From an uncultured virus (IMG/VR IMGVR_UViG_3300044617_001027) (lineage: Duplodnaviria > Heunggongvirae > Uroviricota > Caudoviricetes), in the IMG/VR virus record IMGVR_UViG_3300044617_001027: DNA of 64,000 bases, one strand, 5' to 3'. The notes beneath the pieces are model-generated. The model had not been told where the DNA came from, ran no database searches, and worked only from the letters and a program-made list of their open reading frames with translations. A program made the translations under genes and the position numbers. Shown one piece after another: positions 45,847 through 55,934 of this stretch. Numbering within the stretch: position 1 is the first letter of the stretch; the number at the start of each line of letters is the position of its first letter.

Positions 45847-47339
45847 AAAATTCCTATTGCTTTATTAGTTTTTTCTGGTTTTATTTTGTGAAGTGAGAAT
45901 TTAGATCTAGGCTTCCAGTTATCTAAGGCTATACCTATGTTTTTAATAAATCTATTACTCATTTCTTCTGCTGACATACCTATCTCAGGATTTAAGGCAA
46001 AGTCTATACCTTTACTTCCTAAAGCTTTTCTTTCTGTTCTAGGAATATTGTACCAATGTAAAAGGGCTACAGCTACATCCTCAAAAGAAACTCTATCGTC
46101 AAAGATGTACGGAGTTGCCGGGGAACCTTGTAAAGATCTATTGCTAGGAAATACTGGATAAGCCCATTCTCCATGATTTCTAAGTACCCCCGAATGATTT
46201 GTAGGGAACTCTTTTGTGAACTTCATGTGATTTCCTTTGCTGTCAACAAATCCGCATTGATCTTGTAGACCACCGGTTACATTGTTTATGATAGGCGTTC
46301 CGGCCATTATGGCTTCAGCACCGGATAATCCGAAACCTTCGTTAGATGCTATGTTAACAACAACATCAGCGAAATTATACCAAAAATTTAAAGTCTTAGT
46401 ATCTATCTTTTTATCCGAAAAGATAACTTTTCCTATTGGATTTATGGCTTTTACTGTGGCTATTAAATCTGTTCCGTTTCCATCAATAGGGTCGGTGTGC
46501 ATAACCAAGACACATCTACTAGCTTTGTTCTCATCTCTTAGAAGCTCACAGAATTTACTAAAAGCGAGAATAACATCTCCTGGTTGTTTTCTTCTGATAT
46601 TTCTGTTATTCCAGAAGACTAGAAAATCGGTAGGAGTTTCCTTTTTAAATTCGGATATATACTTTGTATATTCTTCAAATACTTCGCTTTTCTCTGATAT
46701 TTTATAAATGTGCTTATTGTTTATACCATGCGGGATATAAGCGGTATATGTTGTATCATTTGAAAAGTTTTCAGGCATTCCACAATCTAAGTCATGTGTC
46801 TTATACTCATTTTCTTCTAATACTATATTAACTAAATTATGAGTCTGTTTAGAAATGTTAAATATAAAATCACATGATGCATAAAATTCTGCATTCCAAT
46901 GAGGGTATGGTAAATCATCCCATATATTATAATACATTAATGGAATAGATGTTCTAATTTCTCTTTCCATGTCGTATAACCACTCCCAAAAACGAGGATC
47001 TGTAAAATGCAATATTGCATCAGGCGATTCTCTAGAAATAATTTCTCTTAGTTTTTGAGGGTCTCCATATCCATTATTAGGATAAATCAATACGCTAGCG
47101 TCATCAATACCCATTTCTTTATTAACATCTTCGGAAACATCAATTATTTTACCTGCGTCTGGATTTTTTATAGCAGCACCTAGTTGAATCCAATCAAAGT
47201 GTTTTGCTGTCCCAACTACAAGTTCTCTAGACATTACGCCAATACCTGAATTTAGACGCAGGTCATCCGAAAGAAGTAGTATTTTTTTCTTCTTTGGCCT
47301 ATTAGTTATTTTCCTTAATTTAGGTAATTCAAAATTCAT
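45843..47339 (-). CDS. glycosyltransferase family 4
   Basis: IPHGI, NRNIRRKQ, NEGFGLS.AEA..GTP. Confidence 0.9.
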   Translation of the reverse strand: MNFELPKLRKITNRPKKKKILLLSDDLRLNSGIGVMSRELVVGTAKHFDWIQLGAAIKNPDAGKIIDVSEDVNKEMGIDDASVLIYPNNGYGDPQKLREIISRESPDAILHFTDPRFWEWLYDMEREIRTSIPLMYYNIWDDLPYPHWNAEFYASCDFIFNISKQTHNLVNIVLEENEYKTHDLDCGMPENFSNDTTYTAYIPHGINNKHIYKISEKSEVFEEYTKYISEFKKETPTDFLVFWNNRNIRRKQPGDVILAFSKFCELLRDENKASRCVLVMHTDPIDGNGTDLIATVKAINPIGKVIFSDKKIDTKTLNFWYNFADVVVNIASNEGFGLSGAEAIMAGTPIINNVTGGLQDQCGFVDSKGNHMKFTKEFPTNHSGVLRNHGEWAYPVFPSNRSLQGSPATPYIFDDRVSFEDVAVALLHWYNIPRTERKALGSKGIDFALNPEIGMSAEEMSNRFIKNIGIALDNWKPRSKFSLHKIKPEKTNKAIGIL

Positions 47340-47357
47340 TTTATGTAATTTGTGATT

Positions 47358-48311
47358 TTATAATCTATTCTCTACAGGACAAATATCATGTCTATCATTA
47401 AATTCGCAGTAATTACAGTTAAAGCAATTATTTCCTGTTACGGCTGGGTATTCTATATCATGTCTGTAATTTCCTTCTTTGTCAAATACCGTTTTTACGA
47501 AATCTTTAAAACTATCTAAAGCTAAATCAGTAGATTTATTTGATTGAGCAGGCTTAAACAACTGTACTCTACTAAGAGGGAAATCATAAGCATCCGTTAT
47601 TCTTCTCACTATAGTAAACCTCGTATCTATTTTTTCATAATCTAATCCTAGGCTCTTGGATAGAAAAGCCTTATATAGTAATACCTGAGATGTTTTTACT
47701 TTATCCTTCTTAGAGTAAGAACTCCATCCTTTGCCAGAAGTTTTTATATCATCTATGATTAAAGTATTGTTAAGTTTATCATAAAATAATAAGTCTATAA
47801 ACAGAATAAAATAGAGAGGCTCCTCCGAATTTAGTATTTTTACCATCAGAGGAACCTCTACGCCCAAAAGCGTCCAATTTTGTCTATCATAATATGAATT
47901 ATAGTTACTTCTTATATGATTTAGAATTTTTACACCTTGTTCACAAAATTCAGACAATTCCGAACTTGTGGAAAAATGTTTTCCGTAATTATTGTAATCT
48001 CTCTTATATATCTCTTTTATTTTATTTATTAACTCTATATCAAAATCAACTTTTCCATTATCTTTAGCGCTCTTGTCGTGATACAAAGTTATGTATTCCT
48101 GTAGTACTTCATGAAACGCCGTTCCAAAAGTCATGTGTATCGAAGGAGGTCTTGTACCTAGCTTTAAAGCGTAGCTCAAAAACCATTTTTTAGCACATTG
48201 ACTGTACATGGAGAACTGAGAAAAAGAAACATGTCTGTGAGGTTTCTGTTTTACTTCATTAGCAAAAACTATAGCCTCATTCAACTTTACTTTTAAATCT
48301 TCCAAAACCAT
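47358..48311 (-). CDS. PD-(D/E)XK Cas4/RecB-like exonuclease
   Basis: SFSQ..Y..C, FGTAFHE, IDL..DIKT, Q..LY and C-terminal CxxC..C. Confidence 0.85.
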   Translation of the reverse strand: MVLEDLKVKLNEAIVFANEVKQKPHRHVSFSQFSMYSQCAKKWFLSYALKLGTRPPSIHMTFGTAFHEVLQEYITLYHDKSAKDNGKVDFDIELINKIKEIYKRDYNNYGKHFSTSSELSEFCEQGVKILNHIRSNYNSYYDRQNWTLLGVEVPLMVKILNSEEPLYFILFIDLLFYDKLNNTLIIDDIKTSGKGWSSYSKKDKVKTSQVLLYKAFLSKSLGLDYEKIDTRFTIVRRITDAYDFPLSRVQLFKPAQSNKSTDLALDSFKDFVKTVFDKEGNYRHDIEYPAVTGNNCFNCNYCEFNDRHDICPVENRL

Positions 48312-48320
48312 TTATTTTAC

Positions 48321-48542
48321 TTATGACAATTTTTCCATATCTATTGGCTCTCCGCAAGCGTCACATACAAATGCAGGCATAGTGACAACTTTGTCTTTAG
48401 TAGTGCCAGTGTATAGCTTACTAATCCTTTTTAGGATTAAAACTTGCTTAAAATATTCATGTCCGCAAGCATCACAGCAGATAGAATCCATTTGTTCCGG
48501 AGTTATCTGTAATTTTGCAGGTTCCATTGGTGGTAAATTCAT
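48321..48542 (-). CDS. zinc-ribbon protein
   Basis: Two CDACG motifs. Confidence 0.75.
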   Translation of the reverse strand: MNLPPMEPAKLQITPEQMDSICCDACGHEYFKQVLILKRISKLYTGTTKDKVVTMPAFVCDACGEPIDMEKLS

Positions 48543-48617
48543 TCTTTTAGTTTTTAATAAAACGTTAAAGTAAATAAAAAGTTTTAATGTCTACAATAAT
48601 TAGTTAATAATTACTAA

Positions 48618-50975
48618 TTAATGTCCTTCTTGCCAATTTTTAGATAATTCCGGAGGTGCTTTTAAGTCTATACTTAATTTTGTAGAGTTTTCCATTATAT
48701 CTTGGACTATGCTTAATCCTTCCTCTTTCTTAGAGTTCTCTATTTTAAATATTAATTGGTCATGAATTTGAGCTACTACAAGTCCTTTAATCCCTCTTTT
48801 TATAAATTCCCTGTTAACTAATAAAGCAGACTTATTAACAATATGAGCCGCCATGGACTGTATTTGAATATTCTTAGCATTATTTAGCCCATTCTTATAA
48901 TCCCTATACATGTCTAAAATTTCTTTCTCGCTAAAATCTCTTTTTAAACTCTCTCTAAAATCATAATCAAGTAGTTTGTCTTTAAATTTAGTATAATATT
49001 CTTTTACTTTAGGTAAATGTCTTATTCTTCCGGATTGACATTTAATGTATCCGTTATTTTTTACAAATTCTTCGCTTTCAACCATCCATTTTTTTAGTTC
49101 CGGATATGCGTTTAAGTATCCGTCTATTAATAGTTTTGCTTCTTTTGTGGAAACCTCTATAGTTTTACCTAAAGCGAAAGCAGACATACCGTAAGGAATA
49201 CCTAAAGAATAGCTTTTTGCTTTGTTTCTCAAGGTCTTGTTAACTTTCTTTAAAAAATTACTGTCTTCCGGGTCTGCTGAATATTGAGGTAATTTTTCTG
49301 TATCTATTGCAATACGGGAGTAAAAATCCCAATTCTTTCTGAATATGTCCCTAAGGCCTTCGTCTCCGCTTATATGTGCGAATATATGAGGCTCTAAACT
49401 AACATAATCACAATCTATAAAAGTAGTATCTTCGTCACAGATAAAAAAGGTTCTAATCATATTAGTGTACTTATACACTCTAGGATCTACTCCTTGATCT
49501 GATTCAAAAGGTCTCGGAAGTTGCTGCGCGTCACTACTATATCTTCCAGAAACAGTTCCGTGCTGTTGGTAATAAAAATAGTATCTCCCACCTTCGCAAC
49601 TGTCTATAAATCTATCCATGTATGCTGATTTTAGTTTATTCAGCTTATTATACACAGTTAATTTCCTACTCCAATCATATTTATCACTTATTGATTCCAC
49701 AAAAGACTCATTAAACTGCGCGGCACCTTTATCGGTATATGTTATTGGTTTTTCATTCAAGAAATTAAATACAAAGGATGCTAATTGTTGTTTTGAGTTA
49801 ATGTTTATAAGCTCGTTGTCATTAGCTTTTTTCCATAAATTAACAGAGGAAAAAGCTAGAAGTTTTTTAAGATTATCTGAAATAGATGTAGGAGAAAAAG
49901 ATTCTCCTAAAAGGTATGTTTTTATCTCGCTGTCAGGTAAAGTTAATACTTTATTTTTTAGTATTTTTATCTCATTTTTATCATTTAAAAAATGATTAGA
50001 AATCCCAGCCAATTTAACAAGTTCCGGTAAGATGGCGCCTCTTACTGGGGTCCATTCATTACCCTCTTTCTTGAAGGAGGGGTACTTACTATTAGCAGTA
50101 GAATAAACCCAACTTTTAAATTCATTAGACTCTCTTAAAGAAGCATATACCTCCTCTTTTATAGCTTTTATGTCTTCTACAATATCTTTCTGAGCTTTTT
50201 TTATTTTGTCAAAGTCCATTAAAATTCCCTCTCTTTCCATAGGAACCGTTACTTCTTTGTACAGAGGCATTACTTCGACATTATAGAAAAAATCTTCTAG
50301 TCCTTCTTTTTCTAATACTTTAGAAAAAAGAAGATAAATCCTCAATGTTAAGTCTGTATCTGCACAGGCATACTTTGCTAGAATACTTAAATCAGCCTTA
50401 TATATTTCAAAATTATCCTGGGTTATAAGACCTCCGTTATTTTTTACGGACTCTTTCATTAAAATCTGTTCCTCGTTCGCTTCTTTGTCGACATCTAAAT
50501 CTATATACTTTTGAACAAGTTTTCCGATAGACTTAAGGGCGAATGGCCTGCCATATCCAATAGATCCCTCCTCTCTAGTTGTGTGGACTAGTAAAATAGT
50601 ATCTGCGTGTAAAGATGGGAGTAAATCAATTCCATAATTACTTAGTACAATAGAAGTATCATAAGAGGCATTGTGCATTATTAGCTTCTTTCCTACTAAT
50701 TTATTGATAAGACCTTTGGCTAATTTAACATTACTGTAAGAATCTGTAGACAAAGCAATTAGTTCTTGTTTTTCTACAGACCACTCATGAGTAGGTAGAT
50801 AGTAGGATAGCCCAGGCTCAAACCCAAATGACATGCCTACAATAAGGTCTTTCCTTACGTTAAGACCTGTTGACTCCACGTCGAAACTTATGATACTGTA
50901 GGTATTTATCTTCTCAGCTAAATCCTTTACTTCATCTAAGTTTTTACATGTAATATAATTTTTTATGGTTGCCAT
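48618..50975 (-). CDS. polA: DNA polymerase family A with 3'-5' exonuclease
   Basis: Exo motifs FDVESTGL, HNASYD, YACAD; polymerase motifs DYVSLE (A), RNKAKSYSLGIPYG (B), QIHDQ (C). Confidence 0.93.
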   Translation of the reverse strand: MATIKNYITCKNLDEVKDLAEKINTYSIISFDVESTGLNVRKDLIVGMSFGFEPGLSYYLPTHEWSVEKQELIALSTDSYSNVKLAKGLINKLVGKKLIMHNASYDTSIVLSNYGIDLLPSLHADTILLVHTTREEGSIGYGRPFALKSIGKLVQKYIDLDVDKEANEEQILMKESVKNNGGLITQDNFEIYKADLSILAKYACADTDLTLRIYLLFSKVLEKEGLEDFFYNVEVMPLYKEVTVPMEREGILMDFDKIKKAQKDIVEDIKAIKEEVYASLRESNEFKSWVYSTANSKYPSFKKEGNEWTPVRGAILPELVKLAGISNHFLNDKNEIKILKNKVLTLPDSEIKTYLLGESFSPTSISDNLKKLLAFSSVNLWKKANDNELININSKQQLASFVFNFLNEKPITYTDKGAAQFNESFVESISDKYDWSRKLTVYNKLNKLKSAYMDRFIDSCEGGRYYFYYQQHGTVSGRYSSDAQQLPRPFESDQGVDPRVYKYTNMIRTFFICDEDTTFIDCDYVSLEPHIFAHISGDEGLRDIFRKNWDFYSRIAIDTEKLPQYSADPEDSNFLKKVNKTLRNKAKSYSLGIPYGMSAFALGKTIEVSTKEAKLLIDGYLNAYPELKKWMVESEEFVKNNGYIKCQSGRIRHLPKVKEYYTKFKDKLLDYDFRESLKRDFSEKEILDMYRDYKNGLNNAKNIQIQSMAAHIVNKSALLVNREFIKRGIKGLVVAQIHDQLIFKIENSKKEEGLSIVQDIMENSTKLSIDLKAPPELSKNWQEGH

Positions 50976-51002
50976 AACCTTTTTTTATAAAAACCAAATG
51001 TA

Positions 51003-51446
51003 TTATAAGTAATCCGAAATAAATTTTAACATCTCCTCTATTGTAGCATCTCTTCTTCCTGTATTCGCAAAAATAGTAGTTAAAACAACATTATCTTTAC
51101 GATACCCAATATTATTATCTAACCTATCTAAACTAGGCTTCCTTAACCTATCTTTCATTGTAAAATCTATTGGTATATTTAGCCAATAACACATTCCGTT
51201 TTGCTTTTCTTTTAACTCTTCTAAAAAATTACCATTTACTTCTTTATCTCTAAATCTCTTCTCTTTACTTTTATCACTCTCATTTTCTTCTTTTTTCCTA
51301 GTTTCTCTACCTATTACACCATTTAATACTCTATACTTCCAGTTACCATTGTAACATTTTTTACAAACACATCTCCTCTTTCCACTTCCTTTAAAATGAA
51401 AATCTTCATCTTCTTTTGTAATGTTACAATTACTGCATTTTTTCAT
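51003..51446 (-). CDS. HNH-like (endonuclease VII-type) homing endonuclease
   Basis: CxxC..CxxC; QNGMCYW, PSLDRLD..GY..DNV. Confidence 0.7.
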   Translation of the reverse strand: MKKCSNCNITKEDEDFHFKGSGKRRCVCKKCYNGNWKYRVLNGVIGRETRKKEENESDKSKEKRFRDKEVNGNFLEELKEKQNGMCYWLNIPIDFTMKDRLRKPSLDRLDNNIGYRKDNVVLTTIFANTGRRDATIEEMLKFISDYL

Positions 51447-51455
51447 ATAATCGTG

Positions 51456-51728
51456 TTAATCTTTTAAATCATCAAAATTAGTCCATTCTTTATCTCTTAA
51501 TATTAATGCTATATATCCAATTAAATCAACTATATCATTTTTTCTTAATTCAGGAGATGTTTGGATTCTTTTCAATTTATCATCAATTCGATATCCAAAT
51601 TTATGCTTTCCTGTAAAAATATTTAATGGAGAGTCCGCTGCTCCATTATATTTAGCATCTTTGTATAAAACTAATTCTTTCAAATTATCAAATATTTCTT
51701 CTAATTCGTTTTTTTTAAGTCCAATCAT
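51456..51728 (-). CDS. nucleotide-modification-associated (Nmad/DUF1599-like) helical protein
   Basis: K..KY, RIDDKLKRI, D.VDLIGY. Confidence 0.65.
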   Translation of the reverse strand: MIGLKKNELEEIFDNLKELVLYKDAKYNGAADSPLNIFTGKHKFGYRIDDKLKRIQTSPELRKNDIVDLIGYIALILRDKEWTNFDDLKD

Positions 51729-51772
51729 TTTTTCTTTTTTATAATAACCAAATAACAATATAATAGTTTTAA

Positions 51773-51800
51773 GAAGAGAGGCTAAAAAGCCTCTCTAATT
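51773..51800 (-). terminator. hairpin downstream of nrdA
   Basis: AGAGAGGC-loop-GCCTCTCT inverted repeat. Confidence 0.55.
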
Positions 51801-51806
51801 TTATTA

Positions 51807-53531
51807 TCATCCTTCGCAAACAATACATTCAGAATATAAATCTCTCTGTTGTTTACTATCAGCTCGTAAATTACTTTCTGATCTTAAATAGTACAGAGCT
51901 TTTATTCCTAGTTTCCACGCTTCAATGTGAACTTGATTTATCCATTTAGCAGGAGCGTCGTTAAAAAAAGCAAGATTCAAAGATTGTCCTTGATCTATAT
52001 ACTCTTGTCTAACGGCAGCTTGTCTAACTAATTCTAACTGATTAATTTCCTTAAAGGTTCTAAATATCTCCTTCTCCTCTTCTGTCAATTCATCTATATT
52101 TTTAACAGAACCTTTATCCTCTGCAATTATATCCCATGTTTGAGGGGTATTTAATCCTTTTTCGTCTAGCAATGTTTCCAAATCCGGATTTCTTCTTAAG
52201 TGAGCTCCTTTTGCGTCATCATCCATGTATAAGTTGGCGGCAAATGGTTCAATTCCTTGGGATACCCCTCCGGCTAATTTTGATGAACTTCTATTAGGTG
52301 CTACGGCAATACACGTTAAATTCCTGTATCCGCTACCTTTACACCATGTAGGCTCCCCAAATTCATTAGCCATCCACATAGAAGCCTTATCTGATTTCTC
52401 TTTCAAGTGACTAAAGATAACTCGAGTTAAAGAAGTTGCTTGTATGCCTACGAAAGGAATCCTCATTTTTTGTAGCAATGAAGCCCATCCTAATGCTCCT
52501 AATCCTAAAGCCCTAGATTTTTCAGCAAATCTTATAGAGTCTTCAATTCCTTGGATGTATTTAGCTTTTTCTAAAAATTCGGAAATAACTGCGTCTAAAA
52601 ATATAGTAGCATAATAAACTGCATCGGTTTTTGACCACTCTTCCCACTTATATAAATTCATAGAAGATAAGCAACATACAAAAGTGTGATTTTCATCCGA
52701 AGGTAACATTATTTCTGCGCATAATTGACTGTGTCTTACCTTGAGATTATATGTAGAGAATGTACTTTTAAGATTAGCGTTAGCGTTATCCGTAAAAAAA
52801 GTGTAAGGCTCTCCGGTTTTAACGCGAGTTTTTATATGCTCTAGCCACAATTCTCTCTTGCTACCATTCTTATTAACCACCTCTTCCATAAAATCATTGG
52901 AGAATTTAGCACCCATGTGAATATTATGACATTGTCTATTAATATCCCCTTTAGGTTCTCTAATTTTTAAGAAGTCGGCAAATTCAGGATGGTTTGCAGA
53001 TAGGTATAAAGCTACTGCACCTCTTCTCATTTTACCCTGCTTAGATGCTATAATAGTAGAATCAAAAGACTTCATAAAAGGTATAATTCCATCAGTAGTA
53101 CCATTAGAGCCATCTTTTATTAGAGCTCCCTTAGGTCTAATTTCAGAAAAATCATAAGCCGTTCCCCCGCCATGTTTAGATAATACGGCCATCTCGAGAT
53201 TTTTCCTATATATATCGTACATAGAATCTCCAATATATCCACCAAAGCATGAGATAGGCAATCCTCTGTTAGTTCCAAAGTTACTCATTACCGGAGTTGA
53301 TGGTATTAGCCAACCATTCCAAAGTATCTCGAAAAACTTGGAAAATAATTCGGGTTTGTTTAAATAAGTTGCAGCCGTACTAGCTATTCTATTATAAGCA
53401 TCTTTAGGAGTTTCTTTATTTTGTAAATAACCCCCAAGCATCGTTGTTAAGTATAAGCTATTATTGCCCCACTCCGGTATGTCGTCTATGGACCAACCTT
53501 GTTTTTTAGCTAAATCGTGTAGTTCGTTCAT
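51807..53531 (-). CDS. nrdA: ribonucleotide reductase class I alpha subunit (short, no ATP cone)
   Basis: STPV, LPISCF, GGG, SQLCAE, CCLSS, APNRSS, KALYY and C-terminal CxxC. Confidence 0.95.
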   Translation of the reverse strand: MNELHDLAKKQGWSIDDIPEWGNNSLYLTTMLGGYLQNKETPKDAYNRIASTAATYLNKPELFSKFFEILWNGWLIPSTPVMSNFGTNRGLPISCFGGYIGDSMYDIYRKNLEMAVLSKHGGGTAYDFSEIRPKGALIKDGSNGTTDGIIPFMKSFDSTIIASKQGKMRRGAVALYLSANHPEFADFLKIREPKGDINRQCHNIHMGAKFSNDFMEEVVNKNGSKRELWLEHIKTRVKTGEPYTFFTDNANANLKSTFSTYNLKVRHSQLCAEIMLPSDENHTFVCCLSSMNLYKWEEWSKTDAVYYATIFLDAVISEFLEKAKYIQGIEDSIRFAEKSRALGLGALGWASLLQKMRIPFVGIQATSLTRVIFSHLKEKSDKASMWMANEFGEPTWCKGSGYRNLTCIAVAPNRSSSKLAGGVSQGIEPFAANLYMDDDAKGAHLRRNPDLETLLDEKGLNTPQTWDIIAEDKGSVKNIDELTEEEKEIFRTFKEINQLELVRQAAVRQEYIDQGQSLNLAFFNDAPAKWINQVHIEAWKLGIKALYYLRSESNLRADSKQQRDLYSECIVCEG

Positions 53532-53541
53532 TGTTTATAAT

Positions 53542-54507
53542 TTAAAATAAGTCATCACTGTTCCAATCTTCGTTAGGTTTTGCATATCCGGTTTCCCTGT
53601 TATCAAAGAAATCAGTTTGTTGCTCACCAGACACCATAATGTAAAACCAAGACATATTCTCCATTGATTTTGGGTTTACTTTATATACAGGCTCTAATCC
53701 TAATTCAACTAGTTTTCTATTAGCTCTGTCATACATAAAATTCTTGAGATCTTGTTTTGATATGGTCTCTAATTCTCCCATTTCAAAAATACTCTCTATG
53801 TATAAGAATTCATTTACAAGAGATAATTGAACTCCTTCTACTATACTTTTTTTGAATTCAGATGTCCAGATGTCAGGATTCTCTTTAACTAGTTCTCTAA
53901 ACAACTTACATCCTGCTTCGCTATGTAAACTTTCATCTCTTACGGAAAATATCATTTGTTGTCCAATACCTTTTAGCCTGTTTGATTTTCTAAAAGAGAG
54001 AAGAACTGCAAAAGAACTAAACAATTGAATGCCTTCGGCGCATGCGGAAAATAATGCTAGACTTCTTGCGATGTTTGATATAGATGTATCATTTTTATCT
54101 ACATCAATCAGAACTTGCAATTTATTCATAGTAGCCTCATCTTGCATGAATGCTTGAAAGTCATCTAAGCCTAAAGAATCATTTAAATAAGAGTAGGCTG
54201 TCGCATGTATTGTTTCAAATGATCCAAATGTTACTGCCATCATCTTGATTTCAGGAATTGGAAACCACGTAGTAACATATTGTGACCAGTAATCATTTAC
54301 ATGTGTTTCAGTTTGGGCAAATCCTTTTAAGATGTTACCTATGACATTTTTTTCAGATTTTGTAAGATTTTCATCCCAATCTTTGATGTCTTTTTGCATG
54401 TTAATTTCCGTATGCAACCAGTGGGCGTTCTGCTGTTTGAACCAATAATCATAAGCCCATTGATACTCAAATGGTTTAAAATGCAATCTCTCTTTTAGTA
54501 AAGGCAT
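53542..54507 (-). CDS. nrdB: ribonucleotide reductase class I beta subunit
   Basis: FETIHATAY, EGIQLFSSF, RDESLH, DFF..R.TGY. Confidence 0.95.
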   Translation of the reverse strand: MPLLKERLHFKPFEYQWAYDYWFKQQNAHWLHTEINMQKDIKDWDENLTKSEKNVIGNILKGFAQTETHVNDYWSQYVTTWFPIPEIKMMAVTFGSFETIHATAYSYLNDSLGLDDFQAFMQDEATMNKLQVLIDVDKNDTSISNIARSLALFSACAEGIQLFSSFAVLLSFRKSNRLKGIGQQMIFSVRDESLHSEAGCKLFRELVKENPDIWTSEFKKSIVEGVQLSLVNEFLYIESIFEMGELETISKQDLKNFMYDRANRKLVELGLEPVYKVNPKSMENMSWFYIMVSGEQQTDFFDNRETGYAKPNEDWNSDDLF

Positions 54508-54566
54508 AATGTGAAAAGTTGAATGTTTATAATTTTGTTTTCGGTAAAAATAAATACCTGACTAAC

Positions 54567-55931
54567 TTAAATTTCATTGTACTCTTTAAAAAATCTATCT
54601 ACTTCGGCGGGGTCAAAAGCACTTGAATTTTTTGGAGCGGGACCTCTATCATCATCATCTACATCTGCTATTAGACTATTTATGACATGCTTTCCACATC
54701 TTGTATCTAATGCTCCTTCAAATGATAATCCTAAATCTCCTAATCTTGATGCTACAATGTGATAAATGTTTTTTCTTGATAATGAGAACATGAAATCACA
54801 TACCATGAGAACATTATATGATTCTGCAATGTGTTCTCCATTTACAATTTTAGCTGATTCGGATGTTCTATTTGCTTGAGATGGAACCCATGCTGGAACT
54901 CTATATTCATCTGCTATGTTTCTAATGTCTGTAAAGATTTCATCTAATGCAAATCTCTTCTCTGTCTTTGTAGATTTTAGTAATTTTGGATCATCTATAA
55001 TGATTAATCCCGGCGAAATTCCTTGATGGATACACTGATCTAAATGTCCTCTGATGGTCATTGTTGATGCCTTGTACGCTCCGTATTTCTTAATGATTAA
55101 CTTGCCTGGAATTTCATCCATTTTCTTATTGATAAAAGGCATATTATCCTTAGACAAGTTATCTAATGATATGTCTGTGATGTAAGCGTCAATTCTCTTT
55201 GAAATTTGAGTAGGATATAACTCCATGGTATAGTAGATTACGTTTACTCCTAACTCCATAGCGTGAGCAGCTAAGGATATTAGTAACCATGATTTACCTC
55301 CCTTTGGCGGACATAGTACAACACCTAATTCACCATAAGATAAACCTCCTTTCATATAGGAATTAAGAACAGGCCATGGTGTAGGAATCGGATTTCTATC
55401 ATCTTCCATGTATCTGTTTTCTAAAGTTTCCTCATACATGTAGCCTAAGTCCAACTCTGATCCGGCGTTGTGTGCTTTGTTTATGGCAGAAAATGCAGCA
55501 TCAAAATCATTTCTTTTAACTAAATCAACAGCACTTCTCAAAGCTTTTACGTACTCTCTATTCCTGCAAAACTCCACGATTTTATCCTTAACGTGTTGCA
55601 AGTCCTTTGAGTCAGCGAAATCTAAAGAACTCTTAAGAAACATGTAAATACTCTGGGCGTGTATTTTGTTTCTCTCCGTTTGGGAATCACTTTCGTCCTT
55701 GTTTGCTAACTCCTTAATGTTTATTTTCAAAACATCTATTGTGGGTTGTATTTTGTATGTCTCATAATAGTCATACATTTTTTCTACTACCCAAGACATA
55801 GCTTCGTTCTCAAAATAATTTGGATCAAGAATGTCGATAATGCGAGTAAAGAAATTCTCGTCATTAAGTAAATTGTACAAAACCTTCTTTTGAAAATCCG
55901 TACCAAAAGAATTTAATAAATTGGCGGTCAT
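54567..55931 (-). CDS. DnaB-like/T4 gp41-like replicative helicase
   Basis: Walker A PPKGGKS, YYTMEL, IIIDD, SQANR. Confidence 0.88.
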   Translation of the reverse strand: MTANLLNSFGTDFQKKVLYNLLNDENFFTRIIDILDPNYFENEAMSWVVEKMYDYYETYKIQPTIDVLKINIKELANKDESDSQTERNKIHAQSIYMFLKSSLDFADSKDLQHVKDKIVEFCRNREYVKALRSAVDLVKRNDFDAAFSAINKAHNAGSELDLGYMYEETLENRYMEDDRNPIPTPWPVLNSYMKGGLSYGELGVVLCPPKGGKSWLLISLAAHAMELGVNVIYYTMELYPTQISKRIDAYITDISLDNLSKDNMPFINKKMDEIPGKLIIKKYGAYKASTMTIRGHLDQCIHQGISPGLIIIDDPKLLKSTKTEKRFALDEIFTDIRNIADEYRVPAWVPSQANRTSESAKIVNGEHIAESYNVLMVCDFMFSLSRKNIYHIVASRLGDLGLSFEGALDTRCGKHVINSLIADVDDDDRGPAPKNSSAFDPAEVDRFFKEYNEI

Positions 55932-55934
55932 TAT

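Noticed and set aside
48618..54507. Introns or inteins in polA/nrdA/nrdB
   Set aside because: The ORFs are continuous and of expected size with no intein motifs; the HNH genes are free-standing.
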